Notes under the pieces: generated by a model
What the model was told of the DNA's origin: nothing
Databases searched by the model: none
Seen by the model: only the letters and a program-made list of their open reading frames with translations
In this document: piece by piece, positions 11,721 to 25,653 of the stretch
Position numbering within the stretch: position 1 is the first letter of the stretch
Layout of the letters: each line of letters opens with the position of its first letter
Program-made: the position numbers and the translations under genes
Source: Lama guanicoe
Taxonomy: Eukaryota
Assembly: GCA_013239625.1 (NCBI GenBank)
Contig: MU054001.1
Coordinates: 3,044,151-3,108,150 of the forward strand
DNA: 64,000 nt
Direction: 5' to 3'

Positions 11721-12582
11721 CTGTTTTCAAATTGATACTGTAGCAACAAGGCTATTACTATATTATTATTACTCTTTCAGTAAAGATGACAGAAAGAAAA
11801 CTTTTCCTTCAAATCAAAATTCCGGAGCTGAGTCCTACTGACTCTGACTTGCCTGGCTTACAGCAACTGGCCAACACTTTGTAGCTGCTGTTGAGTGTTG
11901 AGTGTTGAGTGGAGTGTAGCTGCATGCTGTACCCTTGGACAGGCACTCAGACATGCTTTCTTGGCCAGCATCACTCCCTCACTCCACCACGCTCACTCCA
12001 TCAAAGTCCTGGCCATGGAAGGAGTGCTATGGTGTCAGACCGTGAGATCCCACTGGTGTCATTCTGGCCACAAGCAGACAGGAGGCATAATGACTCATGT
12101 CTGCCCCACGGGGAGGTGGACAAAGCCCCTTTAGAGCTGATTAACAGAAGCAGTTTTACCCTGGGTTTTACTCCGAAGCTAAGTTCTAAATCAGAATCAC
12201 AGAGTTATAAATATTTGATGTTAATGCAGGCCTTCCTTAATTGCATGTAAAAATGTTTGGAAATTGTAAACAGACAGGGCACATGGGGAAGACAAAATTA
12301 CACTTTTGTCTGAATTACCAGGAACACATTATGACCAATAAATATGACTGTTGAGAGTTGAAAAATTGAGTCCCACTTAGGTGCTTTTGCTGAAAGAGAT
12401 AAAGGAAATAATACTTGATAGTGTTTTCCATATTTTTGCAGGCATAGCTTATATAAGGCATAGTTATGTGTCTATCGTTTTCTTCTAATGCTGGTATTAA
12501 GGAATTGTTGATCAGCTTAGGGATAAACTGTATTCACCGAGTCATTCAACAAACAAATCTAGGCCATTTGTGCTTAGGGACA

Positions 12583-12625
12583 TGTGTGTGTGTGTGTGTG
12601 TCTGTGTGTCTGTGTGTCTGTGTGT
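12583..12625. repeat. (TG)n microsatellite with TC interruptions
   Basis: Directly visible in the sequence. Confidence 0.95.
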
Positions 12626-13414
12626 ATTGGGGTAGGGAATGTTAAAAAGTTTCTGTTGTAAGCTTATAATATCCTTATTTTACACATAACTTATATTTCA
12701 AAGAGCACATTTTGACCCGTGGTATGTAGACTTCCAAGTAATACTGAATTCAGTCAAGACATTCTATTGTAATGAAAAGTTAGATCCTGAAAATTACAAG
12801 CACTTTTAAAATGAAGAGAGAGGAAAATCACTATACATATACGCATGTTCCCCAATCTTGCTGGAGCCGAAAAAAATCTCCTAGGAGACTTGATAGAATA
12901 TACAGGTATTTTGGGATTTTTTTTTAACAAGTTCCTACAATCAGGAAATTTTAGGAAACCCTGCAAATGTGCCTACCTATACAATATTATATATGTAAAT
13001 ATAATACGCATGCTGATGTTTGTATAGGCATATATGTGTATACATTCTTATCTTTCTTTGCATGACATTAATGTTGCCCTGTAAGACAGGGTAATGGCTT
13101 AAGACTGGTTACCCTACCTCTCCTGTTTTTTGTGAAGGCCACAATGTAGGCAAATTAAAGGCTTCATCCTCTTTGCAATTCTATTCTAGCTGCAAATATG
13201 TTGTGTTTTGAGGACTTACATGTCTGTCTCCCCCAGAAGATTATGACACCTTTGATGGTAGAAGCATATCATGTATCCTTTTGACTCTAGGACTTAACAT
13301 AGGGCCCGCACAGAGTCTGAGCACAAATCTTTATAGACACGTAATTCTATTAAAACACCATGTAGGAATGTATGAGAAGTGGAAGTCTTTTGAGAACTGT
13401 TAAAGAGGGTTTAA

Positions 13415-13640
13415 TCATGCTGCAGAGTGGTGAAAGTCTCAAGTCAGACAAAGCTGGGTTGGAATATCCACTGACACCACTACTTCATGACCCCAGACAA
13501 GTCACAAAATCTCCCATGCACCAATCTCCCCACCTGTATCATGAGGGTGATTATAGTGCCCATCTCACAGTTCATCATTGTGATGAACAAATGAGGTGTA
13601 TAAATCTACATCACACTGAGTGTCCTCAGCAATCATTAGC
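13415..13640 (+). mobile_element. MIR
   Basis: aagtcagacaaagctgggttggaatatcc...catgaccccagacaagtcac...cacctgtatcatgagggtgattatagtgcccatctcacag matches MIR. Confidence 0.7.
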
Positions 13641-14444
13641 TTTCTCCATCATCATAATCAACTTTGCCAGCTGTTTTCATCCACTCTTTTCTTAAAAATA
13701 GATCTTACCATGTATTTAGTTGCTGGCTCATATTAACTATGTGTTGAATATTTGTTGCAAGCAAGGGATTGAACTCAGACTAATAGGGACTTTGGCAAAA
13801 CTTAAGGCACAGATCCTCCCTCGGGGAGCTTCCAGAGTGAGTTCTTGGTTGAGTGGGCTCAGGTAGGGTATGTCTAGGCAGAGGGTCATCTTCAAGATCA
13901 GAGGCTTGTGTGGAGAATCTAATGACTGAGAGCCCCCAAGCTGCTTTACTGGGGTCTTGGGACCACCTAGGTAACAGCAAACAGTTCATCAATATTAGAG
14001 CATTCTTGATGCCAAACATCCAGGTGGAAGAGGGAGCCTGAGGATATTTAAATCATTCTCTCTTTGCCCATATGTTTGGTGTCATGTGAACTCAGCGGGA
14101 GCCAGCAGTGGATAAGGACTAAGACTTCTCCCCTCCTTGGCTCTCCTCCTATGGGGATGGCCAACACCTGTTCCAGTGTGACTCCCATTTGTGAAGGCTC
14201 AGGGCCACTAGGGAGCCAGGAATAGGACACAGAACCAGAGAGTGTCATTGGCAGGATCATCCGTGGACAGACAGGGAAACTGAGACCCAGTGCAAGGAAG
14301 GGGGCTTTTCCCTGGATATTCAGATAGAATTAGAGCCCAGATCTCCTTTGTGGTGAAGGAGTGACTTAAATTTCAGAAATCTATTTTAGGCAGCACCAGT
14401 AAATATTCGCTACTAGTAGTAGCAGGAATACCATATATTTGTAG

Positions 14445-14605
14445 TAATTGTCCTCAACCCTGAATGCACATATTGAATCATCTTAGGAACTTTAAAAAGA
14501 TATGTTACCACCCCAGACCAATTAAAGGTGAATATAATAGAGGTAGTGGATATAGGCTATTTTCAGATGTTCCCCAGGTGATCCTGAATCAGTGAGGGTC
14601 TAGAC
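14445..14605. mobile_element. MER5-like hAT MITE
   Basis: ctcaaccctgaatgcacatattgaatcatcttaggaactttaaaaa...ccccagaccaattaaa...ttccccaggtgatcctg matches MER5. Confidence 0.6.
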
Positions 14606-14872
14606 CCAAGACTTTTGGTACGTATGTCAAGAACACTGTCAAGAACACACGATCTTTGATTTAAAAGCAGAAGTCACATTTACTCTCAGCACATACTTTC
14701 TTTTAGGGCACAAAGAAAACTTATAGAATGTGTGAATCTGCGTCCTTCCTCATTGTGTGAGACAAAGCCTCTCACTTTGAGGCCAGACAGAATCTCTCCT
14801 TGTGATGGAATCACCAGAATTTCATTACTTTTCCAAAGAACTCACCCCAACTTAGGTATTCAACTTCTAGCT

Positions 14873-15025
14873 CAGTGGTCCCTAAACCTTAGCCCACATC
14901 AGAATCCACTGGGGAGCTCGTTAAACACAGATGGCTGGGCCCCAGCCCCAGAGGTGCTGTTTCAGCGGGTGCCCAGGTAATGTGATGCTGCTGGGTTGGA
15001 GGGGCAATACCTTGAGAACCAATGG
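14873..15025. mobile_element. MER5A hAT MITE
   Basis: Termini are cagtggtccctaaac and ttgagaaccaatg. The interior contains catcagaatccactggggagctcgttaaacacagatggctgggcccc. Confidence 0.75.
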
Positions 15026-16343
15026 CCTAATTCATGCTCCCTAATAAGAGTAATGAAAGGAGATGCCAATTACTTACAAAATGAAAGAAGTCAGGAAAAA
15101 AAAAAAAACACTGAAAGATTTAGGATAGCCCTAAGGGGAACTTTTGATACCAAAGTATCAAAATATGGAATCAATAATGACATTGTAAAAACTCCACCTT
15201 TGGAAATTTTATAAGTGGGAACACCAACAGGCCTTCAGGGCCACCTCTAAGAGATGACCTGAAAGCTTTCCCTATCATAATGGCATCAACGCCCAGCCTC
15301 CTGCACCTACCCTACATGTGTCTCCTTGAAACAAATCACAAGGCCCTGTCTGGTACCAGCTCCCACTCCATTTGCCATCAGAGTTGCTATCCTTGTGGCC
15401 CAATTTATAGAGAAAATAATGAATATAATGAAAAACGGTTGTATGGTTTTCCATAGTCAGTATACAGCCCACTTCCAAGTGAACTAGGTTCATATGTAAA
15501 ATTCTCAGTGGATATCTTACTTCAAAGAAAAAAATAATTAAATCTGTCTACAGATGTAAGCATGATCAGAGCCTCAGTCTGCAGGATTTCTGTCTACAGG
15601 GCTGTCTTAAAACACAGTGAAATGAAATATTGCTGTTTGTCTAACTTATGGGCAAAAATATTTTAAATAAATAAATGTTTCCTTGAGTCTCAGCTTACAA
15701 CACAAGTGCAACTGGTGCCCAGGCTGCCTGGTGCTGAGGTTTATTGAATGCATAATGCTGCACTTTTGTTTGATATGATATTGTGGGAAAAGTTACAATC
15801 TCCTGTTCAGAATAAAAAATTAAATGTTTTGGAAGGGGCAGGGAGATTTTGTGCCAAAGTATGTAGCCATCTCCTGTGGAAGTGTTTTAGGGACTGGATA
15901 GTTTTTCAACTAGATATGTATCAGTTTTAATTATAATGTTAAGTAGTTCTCCTATTTTGACTAGACATACTTATTATAAACAAACTCGATTCATCTATGA
16001 ACTTACACCCTGAATGGCATTTCATAATCCGAGATAAGAATTGTAATTTGGTTTGAATTATCATAATGTGTTGATCACCCTAAACATTTCCCAGGTAGAC
16101 TCTTTCTAAGCGTACCGTATGAACATAACTGCATAATGACTTGCCTCACTGGCCCAGGAAGTTGTTCTTGAAAGGTTCAGGGGCTAAGCCACTCAAGATT
16201 GCAGACAGACTGTAGTCTTTGGTCCAAAATACCTGGCTTGAATATGGTTTGTGACCTTCCCTGGCCCAACAGACTTCGACTGCATCTATGGGCCTCCTTC
16301 TCTCATTTGTTCATGGGGGCTAAACATACTCCCCTAAGTAATA

Positions 16344-16485
16344 CAGGGCTGGCTCCATGGGGTGCAACCTGTGCAGTCAGGAAGGGCCTCACATTTGGTT
16401 TAGTGCTCTGCTGGCACCATGCGGAAATTCTTAACTTTTGCTCAAGGAGTTCCACTGAGCCCCACATATTACATAGTTAGTCCTG
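16344..16485 (+). mobile_element. MER45A-like hAT-Tip100 MITE nested in a MIR (~16230-16545)
   Basis: Reads CAGGGCTGGCTCCATGGGGTGCAACCTGTGCAGTC...TTGGTTTAGTGCTCTGCTG...GAAATTCTTAA...AGTCCTG. MIR-like sequence continues on both sides. Confidence 0.75.
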
Positions 16486-18548
16486 GCATGGTGTTGATGG
16501 AGTTAAATGTGGTAACAAATGTAGGACCCATGGCACTCGGTAAATAGTAATCCCCCTCTCCTTAAGCTGTGGGGCGAGCACATAAGCTGCCTGCCCTGTA
16601 TCAGTAGCTGTCTGAAGAACATCGAGGCAGTGGGCATAGTCTTTGCATCAAGACTAAGGCCAGGTCCTAAGGCTGGATTTCCAGATGAAGGTTCATCCTC
16701 CTTCAGATGATGTCTGGAGGACACTCATGGAAAGGAGCCTACTTTTAACTGTGTGCCCTTTCCTTCCATTTAGACTATTCCATGCACATGTATTATCTCT
16801 TTAATTTTTTTTAATTTAAAACAAAAAAAACAAAAGGATAACAAATTAAGAATTCTAATCAATTCTAATGGATAAATCATTATCTTGTAGAATCTTGATT
16901 TCCCAGTGTCAGAAAAGATCTTCAGTTTCCTCAAAGTATTGCTTTATACTTTGGTTCATTTTAGTCCCACTTTCTCTCAGATTATACCACTGTTCATAAA
17001 ATATATATATCATGATTACAGCCATTTCTAGGTTGGAGAAAGCATTTTTCTGTAACCTAGGAATGGAAAACTCTCATGTATCTTTGCCTTTCTTCTTCTG
17101 CCTCTTTAACCGCATCCTTCACACAGACTAGATCATTCTTTGTACTCATCCTATTTGAAATGTCAAAGGAAAATGATAGGAACTAATCAAAGCCAAGTGT
17201 AACCATTTTGAAGGACTATATTATAAGGGTAAATCCTTATTGTGATAAAGGATGGCCTTTCTGTCTAAACAGAGGCTCAGGTTGAGATTCTGTATTGTGG
17301 TGAGGGGTCAGGCACCAGATAAGGATAACAGCATGTGTCCTGGAAGTCTACTCAAAGGTCATGGAAATTCAGGCAAAGCCAAAGCCACGGTTTTAACCTG
17401 CCTTGTCTGCCAGAGCTCAGTGAGTAATTTATTGGTGTTGGGCCAAACCATTTGCAAGTGAGCAATACCATATCCCCCACTTTCTACAATTTTCAAGAAT
17501 CTGAGAACCTGCAAGTCCTAAGAGTGTGCTACAGAGATTGTTTTCGTCTACAGTTATTAATGTATCAATTGCACTTTTCCACTTGTGAATTCATCTGCCA
17601 TCATGCTTTTAGATTTTTCAGTATTTAACTTGGTCTTAGGATCTGCAGTGTATCCTGGGATCAAATGAAATCCCACGTTTCAACCCAGTCCCCTTAACTC
17701 CCTTCATATCTTCCATTTCGAGTGAGGGCTCCGCATTGCTGTTTAAATCAAGTCATGCACAGATTTTTCCATCCAGAGCCATGGATGTCTGCGCTACACC
17801 CACTGAGGAGTCATTATCTAATCTTTTCTGGGAAGTTTACACTCTCTCTAGTAAACCTCTTCATGTTTACCCAGAACAGTGTTTTATGGTGTAAGAGATA
17901 CTTTGTCTCTGAGTGTTAAAGCCACTTTGCACCTGGTGTAAAGAAGAGAGTTTTCGGAAGGAAGAGCTGGATGAATTCCCCAAACGCCTTTCATGTGAAA
18001 TTTCCTGAGATTAAACCTCAGGATTCACCCACTCTCACCAGGCTTGAGTAGTCACTTCTCAAAAACACCACGTATTTCAGGTTCTGAACATGAAGACTCC
18101 TCAGCTCTGATTTAATTGCAGGCTGACAAAGATTTGGGCCTTCTTACAAAGGTGCCACCAGACACCACAGAGCTGAGGCACTGAACTGCAGCGGGAAAGG
18201 ATTCTCATGTTGATGCAAAATCCCATCACAATATTTGAGGAGTTGCGTTTTGATACAGACTTCAGGGAATCTGAGAAGAGAGAGCACTTTGTGAAAAGAA
18301 CTGGTTTTGGATCTTGAGAGTAATTCGCATCTCAGCATGTGCACTATTTTCATAAATAATCTTGTGGGCAGCTTCCCTAGGCCTGGGGGTAGGAGAGAGA
18401 GGAGGGCTTTGATGGCTATCAAAGTTCCCAGTCTCAGAAGCCTGCAGAAAGGAAGTGCATAGAAGTTTTCACATATCTGAGTGCATCGTTAATTCTAATT
18501 GCCTATGGGAAGGGAAAAAATTGCAATCTAGGAGTGAAGACTCTAAGT

Positions 18549-18727
18549 CAGTAGTTCTCAAACCTGGCCGGGCAATAGAATCTACTAAGGTGCTTTTAAA
18601 CATCTGGATGCCCCAGGGATGCCAGACCATGTATCTCAGAATCTCTGGATGTGAGGACTGGGAAACTTTATTTTCTTCAGAATTCTCCAGCTAAGCCCAA
18701 GGTGCTACAGAGAATGAGAACCAGTAC
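18549..18727. mobile_element. MER5-like hAT MITE
   Basis: Terminal inverted repeats cagtagttctca and tgagaaccagta, with internal cagaatctctgg. Confidence 0.7.
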
Positions 18728-20759
18728 TCAGTGGGTTTGTAATGGGCATTTCCCAATCTGACCGTCCCATATGTAGCCGAGTATGACCTACAGCCCTGAG
18801 AGAAGCAGCCTTCCCTTTAGCAGGCCCACGAGAGAAGGAACAAGCTTGATGGTTTATGGTGGCAGTTAGAGCTCTGTGACCCGGTGACCACAGAAACTGG
18901 GACTCAGGTAGAAGAATGTGAAGAAAGTATGAGATTCCAGCAGAGGGAAGGTCTATAAAATTAAGACCTGTAAATCACTGGGATCTGGAAGGGAGAGATG
19001 AGTGAGTAATTTAGGTATCATAAAGCATCCATTGTAAAATGTTTGCTGCCCACTTCCAAAAAAAAAAAAAACACACACAAAATAAAAATAAAGGTGGTTG
19101 CAATTAAAGCTTGCTAACATCCCTCTGTCCCTGCTGTCCGTGTGCCAGAAGTCTAAAGCCTAAAAGGAAAGGAAAGTAGGAGGGCGGGAGGGAAAAATTA
19201 TTCTGTGTTGGCCAGTCACTATTTGTTGAGTGCTTCATAGAAGGACCAAATCAAAACAAATGTTTAAAAACCATTATTTAATCAGGGAATGAGTTCAGTA
19301 TTCAAAATGACGGACATTCTTCCTTCTGCTGAATAATAGTAAGGAAAGACAGGTACTTACTTTTAAGCATAGCTGGCTGGCATTATAAAATGAGCAGAAA
19401 GGATGATTTTGCCCTATTCAACTTGCAGAACAGTATTTGGAAAAGCACTGGGATTTTCATCAGATCCACACTCTTGCTGGGGACTGTCCCAGCTGCAGAG
19501 GTACAGTGAACTCTGTAGATCAGGGGAGTTCAAAAGCCATTTAGGGACGGGATTGGAAGTGTCCATCTTTACACGCCACAAAATAATGGCCCCTTCCATT
19601 GTGCAATTGAATCGTGTTTCTGTCTCCTTATCTTCTAAACCTCCCATCCGTTCACCTTCCTTCTAGAATCCCTTCAATTCCCAGTCTCATCTCTGCAAAG
19701 CAGAAAAGAAAAAGTGTGATCATGAAATTGGCATTTGGTTCAAGGTCTAAGGAATAAAATGAATGCTTAAAAAAAAATTAAAGGCTTGAGATGCAGTGTG
19801 TCCCCATCTCTCCCTCACTCTTGCACTGCTGGGAGGACCAGTTTTCGGTCAGGCCTCCACAATGCTTGGTTTTTCAAGAGTCCTTCCATTTCTAAAGATA
19901 ATGCTTCATGTTTCCTTAGGCAGAGGCTGTTGGATTCTGAATGACCTAGGGGACCACAGGGACCAGTGTCTCACTCTCAAAGTTCTGAGGGGAAATCCTA
20001 TTGCCTGTCCACTCCAGAAATTCAGCTTAAGACGCATAGTCCCATACTGTGGCATGGCATTGTTCTTGGCACACAGGCCCTGAGGATAACTCCTTCAGCT
20101 TCGTCTTAATTTGGAAAGAAGAAAAATAAAATCCACAGTATCGTCTTCTAACATAAAGTAAATTCTTTATTAAAAAATCTGTTTAAAAGGTGGTGATAAA
20201 TCTATGTCCCCAAACTAAATTCTTTGCACAAGCCCTGGAATTCCAAACCTCTGTGTGGCTGGAATCCGGGGCAATTACACCTAAGGGCCAGACCTGCGGT
20301 AATGCCCCAAATTACTTTCTGGAGGGGGTGGTCGTGGGGGGGGTTCCGTTATGTTAAAGGCAAGACTTCAAACCGAATGTTTCTCCTTTATTGATCTGCT
20401 TTCATCTCCTTTCATTGCATTTCCTGTGTGCCTCTTTTCTCTCTCTTTTTTTTTCCACCCCGGTGGTGAACACCCTCAAATTGGTGATTGAAGACCTTGA
20501 AGGTGCTGTTTACAAAGGCTATTAATGCCCCTGTTCTCATTTCCTGTTTTACTACCAACAAGCCTGACACAAAGCCCTCCTTGGCAGACACGAAAATATT
20601 GGCGAGGTCCCACTGAGCTTCTCAGTTTGCAGATAGCAGAGGACTGAGGACCAAAGCGACTTCTCCTCCCCATGGCCGGCTGGAAAGGCTCCTTTTTGCA
20701 GCTATTTAAGGAGATATTTTAGAATCTCTGAGTGATTCAGCCGGAAGGGACTTCATACA

Positions 20760-20937
20760 TCTTTGGGGTCCAAGACGACTGACTTGAAACCTACTCGTCT
20801 TGACAGGACTTGGAGATGGAGTTCGAGGGGACTGGGAACCCTTGGCACCATGTGCAAATGGCTTATGGATATGTCCCTGTGTACTCTCTTCTGAGGAGAG
20901 ATTCTATGATGACCTAAAAAAACTAAAGAACCACTGA
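20760..20937. mobile_element. MER103-like hAT relic within a MIR3-like fragment
   Basis: Ends tgacctaaaaaaactaaagaaccactg and is followed by the MIR-like ttttacagatatggaaac. Confidence 0.45.
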
Positions 20938-21045
20938 TAGCCCACCCCCCTTTTACAGATATGGAAACAGATAGAAATATGCTGAAATGATTTTTCCCAA
21001 TTTTTAATATAATGCATTTTTGTCATGCTTATCATCTATTGTCTA

Positions 21046-21225
21046 TTTTTTTTGAAGTATAGTTGATTTACAATGTTGTGTTTCTGGTGTACTGCATAGT
21101 GATTCAGTTATACATATATATATATTCTTTTTCATTATATGTTATTACAAGATATTGAATATAGCTCCCTGTGCTATGCAGAAGGAACTTGCTGTTTATC
21201 TATTCTGTACATAGTTGTTTGTATC
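21046..21225 (-). mobile_element. Young L1 3' end, antisense
   Basis: Poly(T) then gaagtatagttgatttacaatgttgtg...acaagatattgaatatagctccctgtgctat; homologous to 8298-8484. Confidence 0.88.
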
Positions 21226-21374
21226 ACCTGTGTTATCTATTTTGGTGTCTTAAATTGACCCATATTGTATAATTACCTCTATTTAAAGGCCTCGGGTTTC
21301 TTGCCTCTAAAATAATAAGATTGGCTTTGATTGAGCTTTTCAACTCTTGAGAAAGAAAGAATAGGATGAGGGCC

Positions 21375-21580
21375 AGGCCATCAGACTCTAGAATCAGCCA
21401 GATCTAGTTCAAATCCATGTGACTCACTCATGAGCACTGAAACTTTTGCTAAGTTTCTTAACCATTTAAAGCTTATGTTCCTTCGTTAATTTAATAGAGA
21501 GAATAATAGTACCCACCTTATTAGGTTGTGATAAGAACTAAATGAGATAATGTGTGTGGCTGCCTAACAGTATTTTGTAA
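21375..21580 (+). mobile_element. MIR
   Basis: agactctagaatcagccagatctagttcaaatcc...aataatagtacccaccttattaggttgtgataagaactaaatgagataatg matches MIR. Confidence 0.75.
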
Positions 21581-24500
21581 ATGTCAGGGTGGACAAGACG
21601 GATAATACACACATATGTGATGTATTTCCATGGATGCAACCAGATTTTGAAAAAATAAAGTCCAAAAAGAATTTCAGGAAAATAAATCTGTGCACATAAA
21701 CACCTCACTTCTTCAGGTCTTAACAGAAATAGCAACTCAAGCAAAGCATGCCCACGTTGGCTCTGTGTCATGGGTAATTCCCACTGTGACTGTGTCTTCA
21801 TATCCTCCCTCCCCAATAAATAAAGCGGATTGGAAAGTGAGTAATAATATAAAGACATATGATTCTGCTCTGATAGCTTTCAAATGTAATCCACTCAACA
21901 ACTTTGATATATCAATATCAGGAATAAGTAACTTCTTAGTATAGTGTGTCATAGAGTAAACCAGTATGATCTTTGCCATCATCATCGTCATTTCAACTGT
22001 TTTTGCATGATTTCAGAATCATGCTACAAGATCCTTAAGGTTCTATTTTATTTCTCACAGTCTATGTCTTTTTAACATTTAAAAATTGTTTATATTAAAT
22101 AATTCATGGTTACATTGAATTTTTAAGATTCAGGAAAAATAAGAAAATATACATCCGTGTACTCACCAGCCCAACTTAAGACATGGATTAGCAATGTAGT
22201 TGACACTATCAAAATCTAAATACTGTTTGATCATTCTCTTGTTTTCTCACGTATCCCTGATCTGTTGAATATTGTACGCTTTTGAGCGAAGGGATTCCTA
22301 CACTAGATGTTTATCTGTCACTCTATTCCCTCAACATTATGTCTTCAACTTCATCAGTATTGATGTGCAGCTATTTAAAATACAATTTTCATTTTTTGTT
22401 GCAGTAATCCATCCTCCTCTCTGCATTCTCCTGTCTATAGATACCTGTTTTTCTTCAGATTTTTGTTTCATTTTGATTTTGCTAAAACAAACTTTGCTGC
22501 TATCAATCACCTTGTTAATGTCTACCTTGAGAGATTTTCTAGGTTTTAGGAGTAAAATTTGATTTTTAGGGTTTTGTTTTTACTTTTCAAAATACCAAGT
22601 GCTAAACTGTTTTCCAAAGTGGTTGAACTAATTTAAATTGTCACCAGAAGTGTGTAATACTTAATATACTCAACAGATTCAATACAACCGGACATTTAAA
22701 AAAAATTGTCAATCCATTAAGTGTAAAATAATATCATGTGGCTTCAATTTGAAATTTCTGTGTTTCTAGTGACCATCAGCATCTTTTACTATGTTCATTG
22801 GCAATTCATGAATTCTGTTTTGAGAAATTTGGTCAAGAATTCTATTTATTTTTCTATTGGGCTGCTTGTCTTTTTTCTCATTGGTTTGTAAGAGCTTCTT
22901 AAACATTTGGGTACCACTCTTTTACCAGTTACCTGTACTGCGAGTATCTTCCAGTTTAAAAATTGTCCTTTTATTCTCTTTATAGAGTCTTTTGATAAAC
23001 AGAATTTATCAGTATTTTCCTTTATGATTTATGCTTTACTTTAAAATCTTGTTTAAAAAGTTTTACCTTATTCCAAAGTGTAAATTCTTATCCAAAATTT
23101 TTATAATGCTGCCTTTCACATAAGGCCTTAATCCAGCTGAGGTTGATTTTTATGCTAGGAGTAAAGGAGGTGCCCAGATTTATATTTTTGCAAATGGATA
23201 ACTTCACTAATCTGGAGTACTTTCTTGTGTCATAAACCAAGTTTCCCTTTAGGTGTGGGTCTGTTTCCGAATTTATTTACTTGCCTACCCTTGTTCTGAT
23301 ATCATTGTATCTTAATTGCTGGAGCTTATAAAGAAGTTGATATCTGGCCAGGTAATCCCCCATTCTTTATTCTTTCTTCACAGTATTGACTATTCATTTT
23401 TAACTGAATATCAGATTCAACTCCTGTAGAAGTTTGAATGGGATTACATTGATCTATAGAAAAATCTAGGGGCAAGTTACATTTTTATGGTATTAATATT
23501 TTCTATCCTGTCATGTTAAATCAAGAATGTCTTTCAATTTGATTTCCTAATTTCCTCCATAATGATCTGGCAAGACTTCCGTTCGATTTATTCCTATGTA
23601 TTTAATGTTTCCTGTTGCTAATAAAAATCATATTTTTTGTTATCTTTTCTAACTGTTGATGGTCTTTACAGAGGCTGTTCATCTGGATATACTGATTGAT
23701 TTTAAACAGGCAACCGGTGGTAAACTCTTTAATTTTTGTAATTTTTTGGTAGATAATTTTGGCTCTCCTATGTAGACAAACTACATCATCTGCAAGTAGT
23801 GGCATTTTTATTTCCTTTCTAATCCTTAAACTTTTTTTCTTTTTGTTAATGTCTCACTTCATGTTCTAGACTCCCCAACGCTGTGTTGACTATAAGTGTT
23901 GATAGTGGCTGGCCTCATCTCCTTTGAGATATTAAATATAATGCATTCGTCATTTCAATATATAGTGAAATGCTTGCCTAATTTTTTTAATACACTGTTT
24001 ATCAGATAAGAAGTTCTTTTTCTCTAGTTTGAGGAGCATTATTTTAGTGAATAAACAATGACACATATTCAACACTTTTTTCCTGCATCTAATAAGATTA
24101 TCATGTAATTTTGTTCCTTTAATTTCTTAATAATGGTGAATTAATTCCTTAATTTCCAAATGTTAAATCAAGTTCTCATCTCAGAGATAAACTCAATCAC
24201 GATGCATGCTTATTTTATGCATGACTGGCTTATACTTATTAATATTTTGTTTAGGTATTTATTTCTTTTAGTAAGTGAATCTTGACTGGTTTTGAAATCA
24301 CAATTATACTAGTCTCATAAAATCTGCTGGAAAGTGTTTGCTCTTTTATTTTTCTCTCAAAATTTTTCTGTTAGTTTGGAATCATGTGTACTATAAGAGT
24401 TGGTAGAACTCACCGGAAAACTGTCTGAAAGTGTTTCTTGAGGAACTATTTTTAACTGTGGATTCAATTTCTTTCATGATTATACGATTATTCTAATTTT

Positions 24501-24635
24501 CTGTTTCTCCTCGGTCAAATTGTTGGTTACACTTTTTCTAAGAATTTGTCCAAATTATCTATTTTCAAGTATCTTAGACTAAATCATTATTAGTTTTATT
24601 ATTTTTTTAATCTTGGCAGCTCTGGGGTTATTTTC

Positions 24636-24785
24636 TTTTTTTAAATTATTTTTTAATTTCATTTATTTGTTTGGGGGTGGTAATTAGATTTATTTATTTA
24701 TGTTTTGAGGAGGTACTGGGAATTGAACCCAAGACCTTGTGCATGCTAAGCATGTACTCTACCACTTGAGCTATACCCTCCCCCC
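24636..24785 (-). mobile_element. tRNA-derived SINE, camelid Vic-1-like
   Basis: The minus strand reads GGGGGGAGGGTATAGCTCAAGTGGTAGAGTACATGCTTAGCATGCACAAGGTCTTGGGTTCAATTCCCAGTACCTCC (A and B boxes, tRNA-Ala-like head), then an AT-rich tail. The TSD ttattttc lies at 24628-24635 and 24787-24794. Confidence 0.88.
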
Positions 24786-25249
24786 ATTATTTTCATTTCT
24801 AATACATTTATTAGCTCCTTTCCCTGCTTTATTCAAAATAAGTCTTACCAAAAGTTTGTCAATTTTACTAGCGCTTTAAGAAAACCAAGATTTGGTTTTA
24901 TTGGGACTCTATAGCATACATTTATTTTCCATTTCATTAATATTTGCTGTTATTTTTATCTTTCTATTTTTGGATTTGTCATTGTCAAACCAAGGTGAAT
25001 GATTAGTTTATTTAATATCAGCTTCTTATTTTCTAATACAGCCATTTCTATCAAAGTCTATAACTTTTCACCAAAGAAAGCTTTAGCAAATCTCACAAGT
25101 TTATATATATATATAAATGTATTATATATATATAGTACTTTTTATTATTTAGGTCTAAATATGTTCTAAATTTTATTCAGATTTCATCCTTGATTAATGA
25201 TTATTCAGAGTATGGTTTCTAATATCTGATCATATTGACACTTGTCTAC

Positions 25250-25621
25250 TTTTTATATGAAAGCTTTATTGAGATATAATTCATATACTGTACAATTTAT
25301 CTGTTAAGTATACAGTGATTTTTACTATATCCACCGAGTTGTACAACCATCATTGCATCTATTTTGTAACATTATCATTCCTCCACAAGAAATCTCATTC
25401 CTACAGTAGCACTCCCTGTTTCCCTGCAACCCTCCAGCTCAGCCCAAGGTAACAATTAAGCCACTTTCTGTTCTTATAGACTTGCCTATTCTGGACATTT
25501 TATGCAATATGAGGTCTCCTGTGATTGGCTTCTTTCAATTAGCATAGTTTTTTGAAGACTGTCTATGTTGTAGTGTGTATTAGTACTTCATTCCTTTATC
25601 ACAGAAAAATATTCCATTTTA

Positions 25622-25653
<32 letters not shown>

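Noticed and set aside
24709..24785. tRNA-Ala(AGC)-like gene
   Set aside because: It is followed by an AT-rich tail and flanked by a TSD, so it is a SINE head rather than a tRNA gene.
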